Shown: positions 19,450 through 32,879 of the stretch, one piece after another
How the letters are laid out: each line of letters begins with the position of its first letter
Numbering within the stretch: the stretch's first letter is position 1
Assembly: GCA_963828255.1 (NCBI GenBank)
Contig: CAWHDZ010000018.1
Location: 32,001-96,000 of the forward strand
Direction: 5' to 3'
DNA: 64,000 nucleotides
DNA from: an uncultured delta proteobacterium
GTDB taxonomy: Bacteria > Myxococcota > Myxococcia > Myxococcales > Anaeromyxobacteraceae
Program-made: the position numbers and the translations under genes
Notes under the pieces: generated by a model
Database searches by the model: none
Told to the model about the DNA's origin: nothing
What the model saw: the letters and a program-made list of their open reading frames with translations, nothing else

Positions 19450-20331
19450 ATGGCCGAATCCCGAGAGAGCGGCGCCGCCTGCACCGAATGCGGCGGGTCG
19501 GGCTACGTGGTCGATCAGCTGGTCGGCTCGTCGGCCCGGGCCCACCGCTGCACCTGCCAGTCCACCTGCGCGCGCTGCGGCGGGAGCGGGTACGTCATGG
19601 TCGCCACCGGCCCGGGTCTGATGGCCCAGGGCTGCAGCTGCCGCCACCTCGACCAGCGCATCGCCACCTTCAACGCCGCCGGCATCCCCGCCGCGGTGGC
19701 CAAGGCCTCCTTCGATTCCTTCCGCCCCTGGTCGCAGAGCCAGTCGAAGGCCAAGACCGCCTGCGAGAACTTCGCCCACCAGGTCCGCAGCGACCGGGCC
19801 AGCCGCGGCGTGCTCCTCCACGGCAAGCCCGGCTGCGGCAAGACCCACCTCCTCGCCGCCGCGCTCCGCTGGCTGGCGCTCGAGAAGGGCATCTCCTGCC
19901 GCTACGTCGAGTTCATGCTGCTCCTCTCCGACATCCGCGCCGGCTTCGGCTCCAACCGCGGCCACATGGAGATCCTCGGGCCGCTCGCCAGCGTGCCGGT
20001 GCTGGCCATCGACGAGCTGGGCAAGGAGCGCGGCACCGAGTGGGAGCGGTCGATGCTCGACGAGCTCATCAGCCGCCGCTACAACGCCGGCCTCACCACC
20101 GTCTTCGCCACCAACTACCCGCGCGATCCGGCGCCCGTGCCGGTCCCCACCGGCGGCAAGTTCCACACCGCCTCGAAGGACTTCCAGCGCGACGCCGAGC
20201 TGATGAGCCTGGAGGAGCGGGTCGGCCAGCGCATCTACTCGCGCTTGAACGAGATGTGCGACTTCGTCATCGTGGACGGTCCCGACTACCGCAAGGACGC
20301 GGAGCCGGGGCGCGGCTCGTTCTGGAGGTAG
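19450..20331 (+). CDS. DnaC/DnaI/IstB-like AAA+ ATPase with tandem N-terminal zinc fingers
   Basis: Two CxxCGGSGY...CxC repeats, Walker [11 protein letters not shown], Walker B LAIDELG, ISRRYN, FATN, RIYSRL. Confidence 0.9.
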   Translation: MAESRESGAACTECGGSGYVVDQLVGSSARAHRCTCQSTCARCGGSGYVMVATGPGLMAQGCSCRHLDQRIATFNAAGIPAAVAKASFDSFRPWSQSQSKAKTACENFAHQVRSDRASRGVLLHGKPGCGKTHLLAAALRWLALEKGISCRYVEFMLLLSDIRAGFGSNRGHMEILGPLASVPVLAIDELGKERGTEWERSMLDELISRRYNAGLTTVFATNYPRDPAPVPVPTGGKFHTASKDFQRDAELMSLEERVGQRIYSRLNEMCDFVIVDGPDYRKDAEPGRGSFWR

Positions 20332-21504
20332 CTAGGCCTCCTCCACCAGCCGCCGGTGCAGCACCCGCACCGCCTCGGGCGCCCGCGCCGCCGAGCAGAA
20401 CGCAGTCACCCGCAGTGACGTGGCCAGGAGCGCCCGCGGCTCCTCCCCCACCTCCCGCAGCGCGTCCAGCACCTCCTGCACCGTGCCGGCCCCGGCGCCG
20501 GCGCGGCCCCCCACCACCGACACCGACCCCGCGTCCCGGTCGTCCACCGCCGCGTCGGGCACGGCGGCCACGAGCTCGCCCCGGGCCGCCGTCCACTCGT
20601 GGACGTTGTCGAGGGGAATCACCGCCAGTGCACGGCCGCCGTGGGCCAGCAGGTCGGAGGGCGCGGCGCCCCGCCGCGCCAGCGCCTGGAGCGCCGCCCC
20701 GAGCCCGCCCCAGGGGACCTCCACCAGCGCCAGCCCCTTCTGCGACGTCACGCCGGCCACCCGACCGCCCGGCGCCGCGCGCCCCCGCACCACGGTCTCG
20801 GCCGTCGAGCCGGAGGTGGCCCGGGCGTGGATGGCGATGCCCTTCTCCCGCGCGAACTCCACCGCCTCGGCGTTCAGCACCTTGGCCCCGGCCCGGGCCA
20901 GCTCCTGCATCTCCTCGTAGGAGATCTCGTCGAGCCTCCGCGGCGTGGTGACCACCCGCGGGTCGGCGGTGTAGACGCCGTCCACGTCGGAGTAGATCTC
21001 GCAGTCGGCGCCCAGCGAGGCGGCCAGCGCCACCGCGGTGGTGTCGGAGCCCCCGCGCCCCAGCGTGGTCACCTCCTTGCGCGGCGAGACCCCCTGGAAC
21101 CCGGCCACGATGACCACCCGCCCGCGGTCCAGCTCCTCCCAGACCCGCACCGGGCGCACCTCGACGATGCGCGCCGAGGCGTGGCGATCGTCGGTGAGGA
21201 TGCCTGCTTGACTCCCCGTGAAACTCACCGCGGGGACGCCCAGGTCCTCGAGGGCCATGGCGAGCAGCGCCATGGAGATGCGCTCCCCGGCGGTGAGGAG
21301 CATGTCGAGCTCCCGGCGGGCCGGGCTCTCCGAGACCCGCCGGGCCAGCGCCAGCAGCTCGTCGGTGGTCTTGCCCATGGCCGAGACCACCACGCAGACC
21401 CGCCGGCCGTCGCGCCGGGCCGCGGCCACCCGCTCCGCCACCTTGCGCACCTTTTCCACGTCGGCGACCGACGAGCCGCCGTACTTCTGGACCACCACGT
21501 TCAT
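20332..21504 (-). CDS. lysC: Aspartate kinase
   Basis: [42 protein letters not shown]; degenerate ACT-like C-terminus. Confidence 0.95.
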   Translation of the reverse strand: MNVVVQKYGGSSVADVEKVRKVAERVAAARRDGRRVCVVVSAMGKTTDELLALARRVSESPARRELDMLLTAGERISMALLAMALEDLGVPAVSFTGSQAGILTDDRHASARIVEVRPVRVWEELDRGRVVIVAGFQGVSPRKEVTTLGRGGSDTTAVALAASLGADCEIYSDVDGVYTADPRVVTTPRRLDEISYEEMQELARAGAKVLNAEAVEFAREKGIAIHARATSGSTAETVVRGRAAPGGRVAGVTSQKGLALVEVPWGGLGAALQALARRGAAPSDLLAHGGRALAVIPLDNVHEWTAARGELVAAVPDAAVDDRDAGSVSVVGGRAGAGAGTVQEVLDALREVGEEPRALLATSLRVTAFCSAARAPEAVRVLHRRLVEEA

Positions 21505-21624
21505 CGCGCCCCTCCGCCGTGCTGCGGTCGCGCCGATCCTACCACCGCCTCGCCGCCTCCCCGCTGCTTGACAGGCCCGGCCGCGGACGCGATTGTCGGC
21601 CGGGCGGCGCACGGAGGGCGCGGG

Positions 21625-22368
<744 letters not shown>

Positions 22369-22374
22369 AGCCAC

Positions 22375-23172
22375 GTGCGCGCCACCCTCGCCATCCTCCG
22401 CAAGGAGCTGTCGGTCTACTTCACCACCCCGGTGGCCTGGGTGGTGCTGGTGGTGGTGGCCTTCTTCTCGGCGCAGGTCTTCGCCGGCTCCCTGGACGGC
22501 TTCCGCCTCCTCACCACCCGGGCCGGGGAGATCCCCGGCGGCGCCGCCCTGCTCGACCGGGTGAACCTGACCGACGCCGTGGTGGCCCGCCTCTTCGGGT
22601 CGGTGGGGCTCTTCCTGGTGGTGACCACCCCCTTCCTCTCCATGCGGCTCGTGGCCGAGGAGCGGCGCACCGGCACCTTCGAGCTGCTCATGACCGCGCC
22701 CATCCGGCCCCTCGAGATCGTGGCCGGCAAGTACCTGGCCTCGCTCGTCGTGCTGGCCGCGGCCCTCCTGCTCGTGGCCCTCTTCCCGGCCTTCCTCTCG
22801 GTGGCCGGGCGGGGGGCGCAGGGGGGCGGAGCCATCGAGTGGCCCACCGTGGCCGCCGGGCTCCTCGGGCTCTTCCTGCTGGGCGCCGCGGCGCTCGCGG
22901 TGGGGCTGGCCTTCTCGGCGCTGGCCGCGACGCCGGTGGTGGCGGCCCTGCTCTCGCTGCTCGTCCTGCTCGGGCTATGGCTGGCCGGGCTCTTCACGGT
23001 AGGTGCGGGCGGGGCGGCCCGCAACCTGGCCGCCGGCCTGTCGGCCTCGGAGCACCTCGCCCCCTTCCTGCAAGGACGCATCGCCCTTCCCGACGTCCTC
23101 TACTACCTCTCCCTCTGCGCCCTCGGCCTGTTCGTCGCCGAGCGGGCCGTCGAGGGTCGCCGCTGGGCCTGA
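22375..23172 (+). CDS. ABC-2 permease (GldF-like)
   Basis: [33 protein letters not shown]; multiple TMs. Confidence 0.88.
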   Translation: MRATLAILRKELSVYFTTPVAWVVLVVVAFFSAQVFAGSLDGFRLLTTRAGEIPGGAALLDRVNLTDAVVARLFGSVGLFLVVTTPFLSMRLVAEERRTGTFELLMTAPIRPLEIVAGKYLASLVVLAAALLLVALFPAFLSVAGRGAQGGGAIEWPTVAAGLLGLFLLGAAALAVGLAFSALAATPVVAALLSLLVLLGLWLAGLFTVGAGGAARNLAAGLSASEHLAPFLQGRIALPDVLYYLSLCALGLFVAERAVEGRRWA

Positions 23173-23175
23173 ACC

Positions 23176-24714
23176 ATGAAGCGCTCCCTCGCCGCCCGCA
23201 TCCTCGTCGCCACCGGGCTCGTCCTCCTGGCGAGCGCCGTGGTGACCCTGCTCCTCGGGGACGCACGGCTGCTCGTCGGGAAGATCGGCCTGGGGCTCGT
23301 GGCGCTCGCCGCAGGCGCGGCCCTCTCCGGTCGGGAGGGGATCGGGAGGGCGCTCTCGGGGCGCGGGACCCACTTCGCCGCGGTGACGGTCCTCTCCGGT
23401 CTCCTCCTCGCCGCGGCGCTCGCCGCCGCCGGCTGGGTGGCGAGCCGCCGGCCGCTCACCCTCGACGTGACCCGGCAGCGCATCCACACCCTCTCGCCCG
23501 ACACGCTGCGGACCCTCGACTCCCTGCCGGGCGACGTGGAGGTGCTGGCCTTCTACCGCCCCGACGACGCCGGCTTCGCCCCCGCCCAGGAGCTGCTGCG
23601 CCGCTACGCCGAGCGGAACCGGCGCTTCCGCTTCGAGCTCCTGGACCCGTACCGCAGCCCGGAGCTGGTGCGCCGCCACCAGATCTCCGACTCGGGCACG
23701 CGGGTGGTGGTGGCGCCCGGTCCGGCCGAGGCCCGGCTGCGCGAGCTCTCGGAGGAGTCGCTCACCAACGCCCTGGTGCGGGCGGCCCATCCGTCGCGCC
23801 GGCGCGTCTACTTCACCCAGGGTCACGGAGAGTCCTCGCCGGCCGAGACGGCGCGCACGGGCTGGTCGCTTTCGGCCCAGGCGCTGGAGCGGGAGAACGT
23901 GGAGCTGGCCCCGCTCGCGCTCCTCTCCGCCGGCGAGGTCCCCGGCGACGCGGCGGCGGTGCTGGTGGCCGGTCCCCGCAGGCCCTTCCTCGACCCGGAG
24001 GTGGCGGCGCTGCGGGCCTACGCCGGTCGCGGAGGCCACCTGGGGATCTTCGTCGAGCCGGAGTCGGACGCCGGGCTCGACCCGCTCCTCGCCGCGCTGG
24101 GGGTCGAGGCCGGCAACGACATGATCGTGGACCCCAACCCGCTCTCCCGCCTGGCCGGGGCCACGCCGGTGATGCCGGTGCTGAAGGCGACCACCGCGCA
24201 CCCGATCAGCCAGCCGCTCGCCGAGGTGGGCGTGGTCTTTCCCACCGCCCGCTCGCTCGTGGCCCTCAGGGGGAAGAGCCCGTCCCGGCCCGCGCCGCTC
24301 GCCCTCACCTCGGAGAGCGCCTGGGCGGAGAGCGACGTCCGCTCCATCTTCGCGGGGGCGGCGCGCCTCGACGAGGGGGAGAAGGTCGGCCCCATCCCGC
24401 TCGCGCTGGCGGTGCAGTGGTCCGTCCCCGGGGACCCTCCCCGGGAGCTCCGCGCGGTGGTGGCCGGCGACTCCGACTTCTTCTCCAACGGGTACGTGCA
24501 CCTGCTCGGCAACCGCGACCTCTTCCTCTCCATGGTGAGCTGGCTCGCCGAGCGGGACGACCGGCTCACCATCCGGCCGCGCGCCCGGGAGGCGTCGCGC
24601 ATCGTCCTCACCGAGGGGCAGGTCCGGACGCTCAAGTTCCTGGCCATCGACGTGGTGCCGGTGGCGCTCCTGCTGGCCGGCGTGGCGGTCTGGCTCTCCC
24701 GCCGGGAGCGCTGA
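23176..24714 (+). CDS. GldG-like ABC auxiliary protein
   Basis: DVT...HTLSPDT, VYFTQGHGE, VAGDSDFFSN, GNRDLF, C-terminal TM. Confidence 0.88.
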   Translation: MKRSLAARILVATGLVLLASAVVTLLLGDARLLVGKIGLGLVALAAGAALSGREGIGRALSGRGTHFAAVTVLSGLLLAAALAAAGWVASRRPLTLDVTRQRIHTLSPDTLRTLDSLPGDVEVLAFYRPDDAGFAPAQELLRRYAERNRRFRFELLDPYRSPELVRRHQISDSGTRVVVAPGPAEARLRELSEESLTNALVRAAHPSRRRVYFTQGHGESSPAETARTGWSLSAQALERENVELAPLALLSAGEVPGDAAAVLVAGPRRPFLDPEVAALRAYAGRGGHLGIFVEPESDAGLDPLLAALGVEAGNDMIVDPNPLSRLAGATPVMPVLKATTAHPISQPLAEVGVVFPTARSLVALRGKSPSRPAPLALTSESAWAESDVRSIFAGAARLDEGEKVGPIPLALAVQWSVPGDPPRELRAVVAGDSDFFSNGYVHLLGNRDLFLSMVSWLAERDDRLTIRPRAREASRIVLTEGQVRTLKFLAIDVVPVALLLAGVAVWLSRRER

Positions 24715-24716
24715 GG

Positions 24717-25265
24717 GTGAAGGCCCGCACCCGGACGCTGGCGCTCGCCGCGGCCCTGGCCGCCGTCCTCGCCGCGGTGGTGGCGGGGGCTCTTCTGGGA
24801 GTGGAGCGGCCCGACCAGGCCGCCCAGGCCCGCCACGACCGGGAGACCCGGGCCCTGCCCTTCCAGCCGGGCGAGGTGGCGGCGCTCTCCATCGCGCCGC
24901 GCGGGGCGACGGGGGTCCGGCTCGTCCGGGAGGGCCCCGGATGGTTCCTGCCTCCTCCCGGAGGCAGGGTGAGCACCATCGCCGTGGAGGGGCTCCTCGA
25001 GCGGCTCTCCGGGATGCGGGTGCGCAGCGCCACCCCCACCAGGCAGGACGGGCTCGCCTCCCGCGGGCTCGACCCTCCGGTGGCACGCCTGACCCTCGTG
25101 CTCCGGGACGGAACCGAGCTCTCGCTCGACCTGGGGGACGAGAATCCCTTCGACCGGACCCGATTCGGCCGCCGGGACGGGGAGATCCTGGCCATCGAGG
25201 GGGTCCCCGAGGCGGCGCTCGATCCCTCCCCGGAGAGGTTGCTGGCCCCACCAGGGGGCGGCTGA
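24717..25265 (+). CDS. DUF4340-domain protein (short, single domain)
   Basis: GTG start after GldG-like stop; N-terminal [16 protein letters not shown] motifs; usual position after gldG. Confidence 0.75.
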   Translation: MKARTRTLALAAALAAVLAAVVAGALLGVERPDQAAQARHDRETRALPFQPGEVAALSIAPRGATGVRLVREGPGWFLPPPGGRVSTIAVEGLLERLSGMRVRSATPTRQDGLASRGLDPPVARLTLVLRDGTELSLDLGDENPFDRTRFGRRDGEILAIEGVPEAALDPSPERLLAPPGGG

Positions 25266-25356
25266 CCCCGCTCGACTCGCGGATGAGCTTGATCTTCCGG
25301 GGGCTTGCCCTTATCTTCCCCGCTCCCGAACATCCGTAGCCGAGAGGTGTGTAGCG

Positions 25357-25620
25357 ATGGCACGCGTCACAGTCGAAGACTGCCTCCCCATGGTCGAGAA
25401 CCGGTTCGCCCTGGTTCTCCTCGCCACGAAGCGCACCCGCCAGCTCATGGCGGGCGCCCGGCCGCTCCTCGCGGCGGGCCGGAACAAGTCCACCGTGCAG
25501 TCGCTCCGCGAGATCGCCACCGGCAAGGTCCGCTTCGACCGTTCGGTCCGCGACGCCCTCGCCGGGAAGTTCGACCGCGAGAAACCGGTCACGTCGTCCA
25601 CGCCCTCCCGCTCCAAGTAG
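25357..25620 (+). CDS. rpoZ: DNA-directed RNA polymerase omega subunit
   Basis: [28 protein letters not shown]...[12 protein letters not shown]. Confidence 0.97.
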   Translation: MARVTVEDCLPMVENRFALVLLATKRTRQLMAGARPLLAAGRNKSTVQSLREIATGKVRFDRSVRDALAGKFDREKPVTSSTPSRSK

Positions 25621-25685
25621 GCCCGTAGTCGGCCCGGCCGCCGCCCCTCGAGTCGGGTGTGGCGCCGGCTGGCAGTCCCCTTCCG

Positions 25686-25712
25686 TGAGCACTCATCCGG
25701 GTGGACTGCCAA
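25686..25712. promoter_or_regulatory. CIRCE-like operator 1 (HrcA)
   Basis: TGAGCACTC-N9-GACTGCCAA versus consensus TTAGCACTC-N9-GAGTGCTAA, upstream of groES. Confidence 0.75.
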
Positions 25713-25765
25713 TTTAGACGCATAAGTATCTATATTCAGGAAGGTTTCTAATTCGCGTTCCCGGG

Positions 25766-25793
25766 TTGACAGCCGGGGGCTCGTGATTAGACT
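25766..25793 (+). promoter_or_regulatory. Sigma70-type promoter of groESL
   Basis: TTGACA-N16-TAGACT. Confidence 0.7.
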
Positions 25794-25804
25794 CTCCTTG
25801 CCCT

Positions 25805-25831
25805 TTGGCAGACGGACATCCCGACTGCCAG
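25805..25831. promoter_or_regulatory. CIRCE-like operator 2 (HrcA)
   Basis: TTGGCAGAC-N9-GACTGCCAG just downstream of the predicted transcription start. Confidence 0.65.
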
Positions 25832-25907
25832 GGCCCAATTCGTTCCAACCAGTTTCCGCGCGGCCCCCTCGGGCCACTGGCGCGGATTCGAAAGAGGAGA
25901 GAACAAC

Positions 25908-27882
<1,975 letters not shown>

Positions 27883-27919
27883 TCCCCACCGCGACTCCGT
27901 CGCGGGCTCGCAGGACCGG

Positions 27920-27953
27920 AGGGCCATCGGGAAACCGGTGGCCCTTCTCCTTT
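27920..27953 (+). terminator. Intrinsic terminator after groEL
   Basis: 11-bp stem AGGGCCATCGG/CCGGTGGCCCT with GAAA loop, followed by TCTCCTTT. Confidence 0.75.
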
Positions 27954-28017
27954 CCAGGGGTTGCACGCCGTCCGGAAGGGGCCTTGCCGGGCCTCTGGAT
28001 GGGCCCATTCTCTGGCC

Positions 28018-28401
28018 ATGGGAAGGCGATGGGCAGCCGTGCTGGCCGCCGCGCTCCTGCTGGTCCCGGGAGCGCCCCTCCCCGACGACGAGCCGCCCTG
28101 CCTCGACCTCCGCGCCGATACGCCTGCCCGGGTGGAGCTGCAGACCTTGATCTTCCCCCGCGACCCGCCGGTCCGTCTCCTCCGGACCCAGCTCCGCATC
28201 TCGGGCATCGACCCCGAGGACGTCCGGCGGACGCTCGAGGCCTACAACCAGCGCTCCGAGCTCGCCCAGTTCACGCCCGACGGCCTGGCGGTGGCGCCAT
28301 ACCTCCTGCAGCGGGCCCTGCACCTGAGCCCGGACATCCTGCTCCAGTTCCGCTGGAGCGGCCAGGCCGGCAAGCTGGTCTTCCGGTTCACCTGGCGCTG
28401 A
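28018..28401 (+). CDS. Hypothetical exported protein
   Basis: Signal-peptide-like N-terminus, GC3-rich codons, aromatic beta-strand C-terminus. Confidence 0.6.
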   Translation: MGRRWAAVLAAALLLVPGAPLPDDEPPCLDLRADTPARVELQTLIFPRDPPVRLLRTQLRISGIDPEDVRRTLEAYNQRSELAQFTPDGLAVAPYLLQRALHLSPDILLQFRWSGQAGKLVFRFTWR

Positions 28402-28424
28402 CTTCGTGCTTTGTTGCGGGCGCC

Positions 28425-31400
28425 ATGAACGCCCTCCTCCTCACGCTCGCCCTGTCCACCGCCCCCTCCGCCGTCCTTCCGTGGTCCGCCCCCGTCCCGG
28501 TCGCCTCGCCCCCCGGGGGCGGAGAGACCACGGTGCTCTCCGAGCCCGTGAAGCTCCAGGTCGGGAGGCTCTACCGGCTCTCCGCCGAGGTCGAGACCCG
28601 CGGCGTCGTGGTGGACCCGGTGGGACGCTACCCCACCCCGGTCGGCGCCTGCATCGCCATGAAGAGCTTCCCGTTCACGAATTGCTCGCCCTCGCTGGCC
28701 GGGGACGCGCGGCGCCGCGTCGCGCAGCTCTTCTTCGCGACCACGGCGAGCGATCGGGTGGCCCTCCACCTGGGACGGAACGGCAAGGCCACCGGGTCGG
28801 CCACCTTCTCGGAGGTTCGCCTGGAGGAGGTCCCCGACGTGACCGCCTACGTCCCGATGGACCAGGTGAAGTGGTCCGGTCCGGGCTTCCGCTACGACGA
28901 CGGCGGCTGGATCTTCGTGCACGTGGAGGGGGCGCCCTACCCGCGCGGCCGGCAGTACGGCGAGCTGGTGGCGCCGGAGCTGGCGCGCTACCTCGAGAAG
29001 CTGGCCACGCTGCAGGACAGGGGGATCCGGAGAAGGGCTGGAACGGCCTGCGGCGCCTCGCCGACGCGCTCATGATGCGCCGCTTCGACCCCGAGTACCT
29101 GGAGGAGATGAAGGGGATCGCCGACGGCGCGGCCAAGGGAGGCGCGAAGTTCAAGGGGCGCGCGGTGGACCTGCTCGACGTGGTGACCCTGAACAGCGCG
29201 GTGGACCTCTCGCAGCTCGACGAGGCCCTGCACGTCTCGCCCACCTCGGTCACCGGCAAGAGCTTCCTCTCGGCCGACGACGAGACCGACCCCGCCGTCA
29301 CCGCCAAGGATCGCTGCTCCTCCTTCGTGGCCACGAAGAGCGCAACCCCCGACGGCCGCTTCGTCATGGGGCAGCTCTTCATGTGGAACGGCTACAGCGG
29401 CGTCCACTGGGACGTGATCCTGGACGTCGTGCCCACGAAGGGGCGGCGCACGGTGCTGCAGACCTTCCCCGGCGGCATCCACTCCGGGTCCGACTGGTAC
29501 ATGAACGACGCCGGGATCGTCATCGGCGAGACCACGGTGGGCCAGACCCCCTTCGCCCCGGAGGGGACGCCCCAGTCCAACCGGGCCCGCAAGGCGGCCC
29601 AGTACGGCACCTCGATCGACGAGGTGGCCCGCATCCTGCGGGAGAGGAACAACGGCCTCTACACCAACGACTGGACCATCGCCGACGCCAAGACCGACGA
29701 GGGGGCCGACCTGCTGCTCGGCACGAACGCCTGGAAGCTCTGGCGCACCGGCTCCCCGGGCCACCCCTCCGACACGCCGGGCGGGCTGCGCGACTTCGTC
29801 TGGGCCAACAACAACACCCGCGACCCGGCGGTGCGGCGCGAGTACGCCCGCTCCACGGACGGGGCGCCGGCCGACATGGCCTTCAACGCCTGGAACCGGG
29901 ACATCGCCTTCTGGAAGTTCTACGAGCAGCACGGCAAGGGGAAGATCGACCTCGAGGCCGCGGTGCGCCTCTTCGCCTCGTCGCCGGTGAACCGCCCGCA
30001 CGCCTGCGACGGGAAGATCACCACCGGCGAGATGGCCGACGGACTGGTCTTCATCGCCCACTACGGCAAGACCACGCTGCGCGAGAAGTGGGTGGGCAGC
30101 CGGTTCATCGCCGACCTCCCCAACGCCGTCCCGCACTTCACGCTGGGTTACACGACCTTCAGTCCCATCGTGATGGCCGAGGGGCTGAAGGCCGCGCGCG
30201 CCCGGTCCGGCAAGCCGGCGCCGCAGCCGGCGGAGCCGAAGCCCGACGTGGCGGCCATCAAGGGAGACCTCCTCTTCGACGGGAAGCTCCTCTGGGAAGG
30301 GACCGTCTTCCCGGCCGGCGACGCCGACAACTGGCTGACCAGCGGATCGGCCGCCTACTGGCCGATCTTGAAGAAGCTCCCCGACGACCCGGTGAAGGCG
30401 CTCGACTCGCTGCGGGGCTCCCTCTCCGACGCCGACCTGCGCCTCGCCTGGCTGTCCGGAAGGGAACCCCTGGCCGCACCCGCCGCCACCCGGCCGGCCT
30501 ACGACGGCTACGCCCCCTACGGCGTTCCACGCGTCCGCGGCACCTTCGCGCTGCACCAGCTTCGCCTGGCGGTGGGCAACGCCGCCTTCTCCCGGATCAT
30601 GAAGGCGGCGGTGGAGCGCTCCGCCGCGAAGCCGCTCACCACGTCTGCCTTCGTGTCGCTGGCCTCGGAGATCGCGAAGAAGGACGTGGGACCCGTCATC
30701 GCCCCCTGGATCGAGCGGGCCGACCTTCCCGACCCGGTGGTCTCGGCGCGGGCGGCGAAGGGGCCCGACGGGACGTGGACCCTCACCGTGAAGGTGACCC
30801 ACCAGCGACCCTGGCATTACGTCGCGGCGCTCTCGGTCGCCGGCGAGAAGACGCTGCGCTACGAGCGGGGCGCGGTGTCGAAGGGCGAGGAGACCTTCAC
30901 CTTCAACTCGAGGGAGCAGCCCCTTCGGGTGACCTGGAACGCCGCGGCCGACGTGGCGGTGGCGCGCGACGGCGGCGTGGTCCTCACCTCGATGCTCGAC
31001 GACTTCTCTGCGCTGCTCTGGGTGCGCGGGACGTCGCGCGAGGTCGAGGCCAACCGGACGCTCGCCCTGCTCTGGCGGGACGTGGTGGCCGACGCCTCGG
31101 TGGAGGTGCTGCCCCGGCTCGTCTCCGACGCGGAGGTCTCCGACGCCGACCTGGCCTCCCACGACCTCGTGGTGGTGGGCGGCCCGGAGGACAACGCGGT
31201 GGCGGCCCGGCTGGCGGCGGGCTGGAAGCTGCCGCTCGAGACCGGCAAGGGGTTCTTCCGCTGGCAGGGGAAGATCCACGCGCGCCCCGATGAAGGGATC
31301 GCGGTGGCCTTCCCGAATCCCTGGAACCCGAAACGGACCGCCTTCCTCTACGTCGCCAACTCCAAGGTCCAGGCCTGGCGCATGCTCAAGGGCTGGCAGC

Positions 31401-31570
31401 GCGGGGTGCCGAGCTGGGCCATCTGGAAGGAGGGGGAGGTGGCGTCGAAGGGTTACCTCGGCGCCGGGCGGCTCGACGTGGCGGTCACGGTGGAGGCGGC
31501 CGCTCCCTCGGCGGACAGCGCGGCTCCCCCGGCGAGAGCGGAGCCCCCTCGCGCAGCAGCCGGAGGTTGA
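28425..31570 (+). CDS. Secreted C45/phospholipase-B-like Ntn-hydrolase, multidomain; split by a 1-nt frameshift near 29020
   Basis: Signal peptide at 28425, GWIFVHVEG.PY.RG.QYG, nucleophile DRCSSFVAT, SDWYMN, ETT; frame changes in G5 run 29020-29024. Confidence 0.8.
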
Positions 31571-32879
31571 CCGCGGCGCGCACGTAGCCGGGATCGAGCG
31601 CGAGGGCGCGCAGCAGCGCCGTTTCCGCCTCGGGGATCCGGCAGCGCGCGGCCAGCGCGAAGCCCAGGTTGCCGTGGGCGCGCGCGCCGTGCGGCGCCTT
31701 CCGGATCACGTCCTCCCAGAACCGGACCTCGTCGGCGTAGACCAGGCTGCGAGCGGCCGTCGCGACGCCGAGGGCGATGGCCAGCGCCGCCACGGCGGCC
31801 CGGCGCACCCCGCCCGCCGCGACCCAGGGGGAGAGCCAGAGCCCGGCGATCCAGGCTGGCCCGGCGAGCGACAGGTAGAGTTGCCGCTCGCTGGCCGGGT
31901 CGGGGCGGGGCAGCCACCAGCCGGTGGGCGGGAGCCAGAGGAGGAACCAGAGGACCCCGAAGGCCAGGGCGGGGCGGCGGCGGAGGGAGAAGAGCGCCCA
32001 GATGAGGACGGCGAGGAGGAGCGCACCCTCGACGGCGACGGCGGCGTTCCATCCCTCCACGGCGGGAAGCGCCGGGTCGGCGACGAGCCGGTCGAGCCGG
32101 ACCACCTGCCCGGTGAGCCACGCCACGGCGTCCACGTGCGTGAGCAGGTTCTCCCAGGGTGGACGGAGCGCCGCGCTCGTCGCCAGCATGCGCCGGTAGG
32201 TGGGCGAGGCGGCGAAGGCCGCGGCGGCCCCGGCCAGGACCGCCCAGTGTGGAGCCGTGGCCGTGAGCGATCGGCTCCAGCGGAAGGGGCGGCGGACGTC
32301 CACCCCGTCGAGGAGGATCAGTGCCGCGGGGAGCACGACCGCCGTCTCCTTGGCCGCGAGCGCCGCCGCGAGGAGGAGCGGCGAGAGCACCAGGGAGAGC
32401 CGCCGCTCCCCGCCCCTGCCGGCCAGCCAGGCGACCGCGCTCCCGAGGGCCAGCATGCCTGCGAGCGACGCCGACCGACCGGAGAGGTAGGTCACCGATT
32501 CGGCCTGGACCGGGTGGAGCGCGAAGAGGAGCGCGCCGAGGAGCGGGGCGGCCCGGTGGCGGGCGTCGGCGGCTCCGGTGCGGGACGCGACCCTTCGGAG
32601 CAGCGAGAGGACGAGGAGCGCGCTCCCTGCGTGGATGGCGAGGTTCACCGCGTGGAAACCGGCGAGGCCGAGCCCCGAGCCCTGGTTCGCTGCGAAGGAG
32701 AGCTTGAGGAGCGGCCGGATCCCCGGCATGGAGCCCCACCAGGCCGCGAGCGACGCCACCCGCGGCTCGTTCACGATCACGTTCCAGTCGTCGAACTGGA
32801 AGGTCCCGGCGAACGAGGTGGCCCAGGCGGCGACGACCGCCGCGAGCAGGACGAGGACGTCCCGTCGCCGGTCAACCAC
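31485..32879 (-). CDS. TMTC-like (GT-C) membrane glycosyltransferase with C-terminal TPR
   Basis: FQFDD, RPL, FH.VN..IH, LFALHPVQAESV.Y.SGR, KE, ERQLY, TPR tail. Confidence 0.8.
   Translation of the reverse strand: MVDRRRDVLVLLAAVVAAWATSFAGTFQFDDWNVIVNEPRVASLAAWWGSMPGIRPLLKLSFAANQGSGLGLAGFHAVNLAIHAGSALLVLSLLRRVASRTGAADARHRAAPLLGALLFALHPVQAESVTYLSGRSASLAGMLALGSAVAWLAGRGGERRLSLVLSPLLLAAALAAKETAVVLPAALILLDGVDVRRPFRWSRSLTATAPHWAVLAGAAAAFAASPTYRRMLATSAALRPPWENLLTHVDAVAWLTGQVVRLDRLVADPALPAVEGWNAAVAVEGALLLAVLIWALFSLRRRPALAFGVLWFLLWLPPTGWWLPRPDPASERQLYLSLAGPAWIAGLWLSPWVAAGGVRRAAVAALAIALGVATAARSLVYADEVRFWEDVIRKAPHGARAHGNLGFALAARCRIPEAETALLRALALDPGYVRAAVNLRLLREGAPLSPGEPRCPPRERPPPP

Noticed and set aside
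19450..20331. IS21 IstB helper / insertion sequence
   Set aside because: No IstA transposase or terminal inverted repeats seen; zinc-finger N-terminus fits DnaC/DnaI-type loaders better
25712..25755. AT-rich tract as dif or IHF site
   Set aside because: Match to either consensus too weak to call
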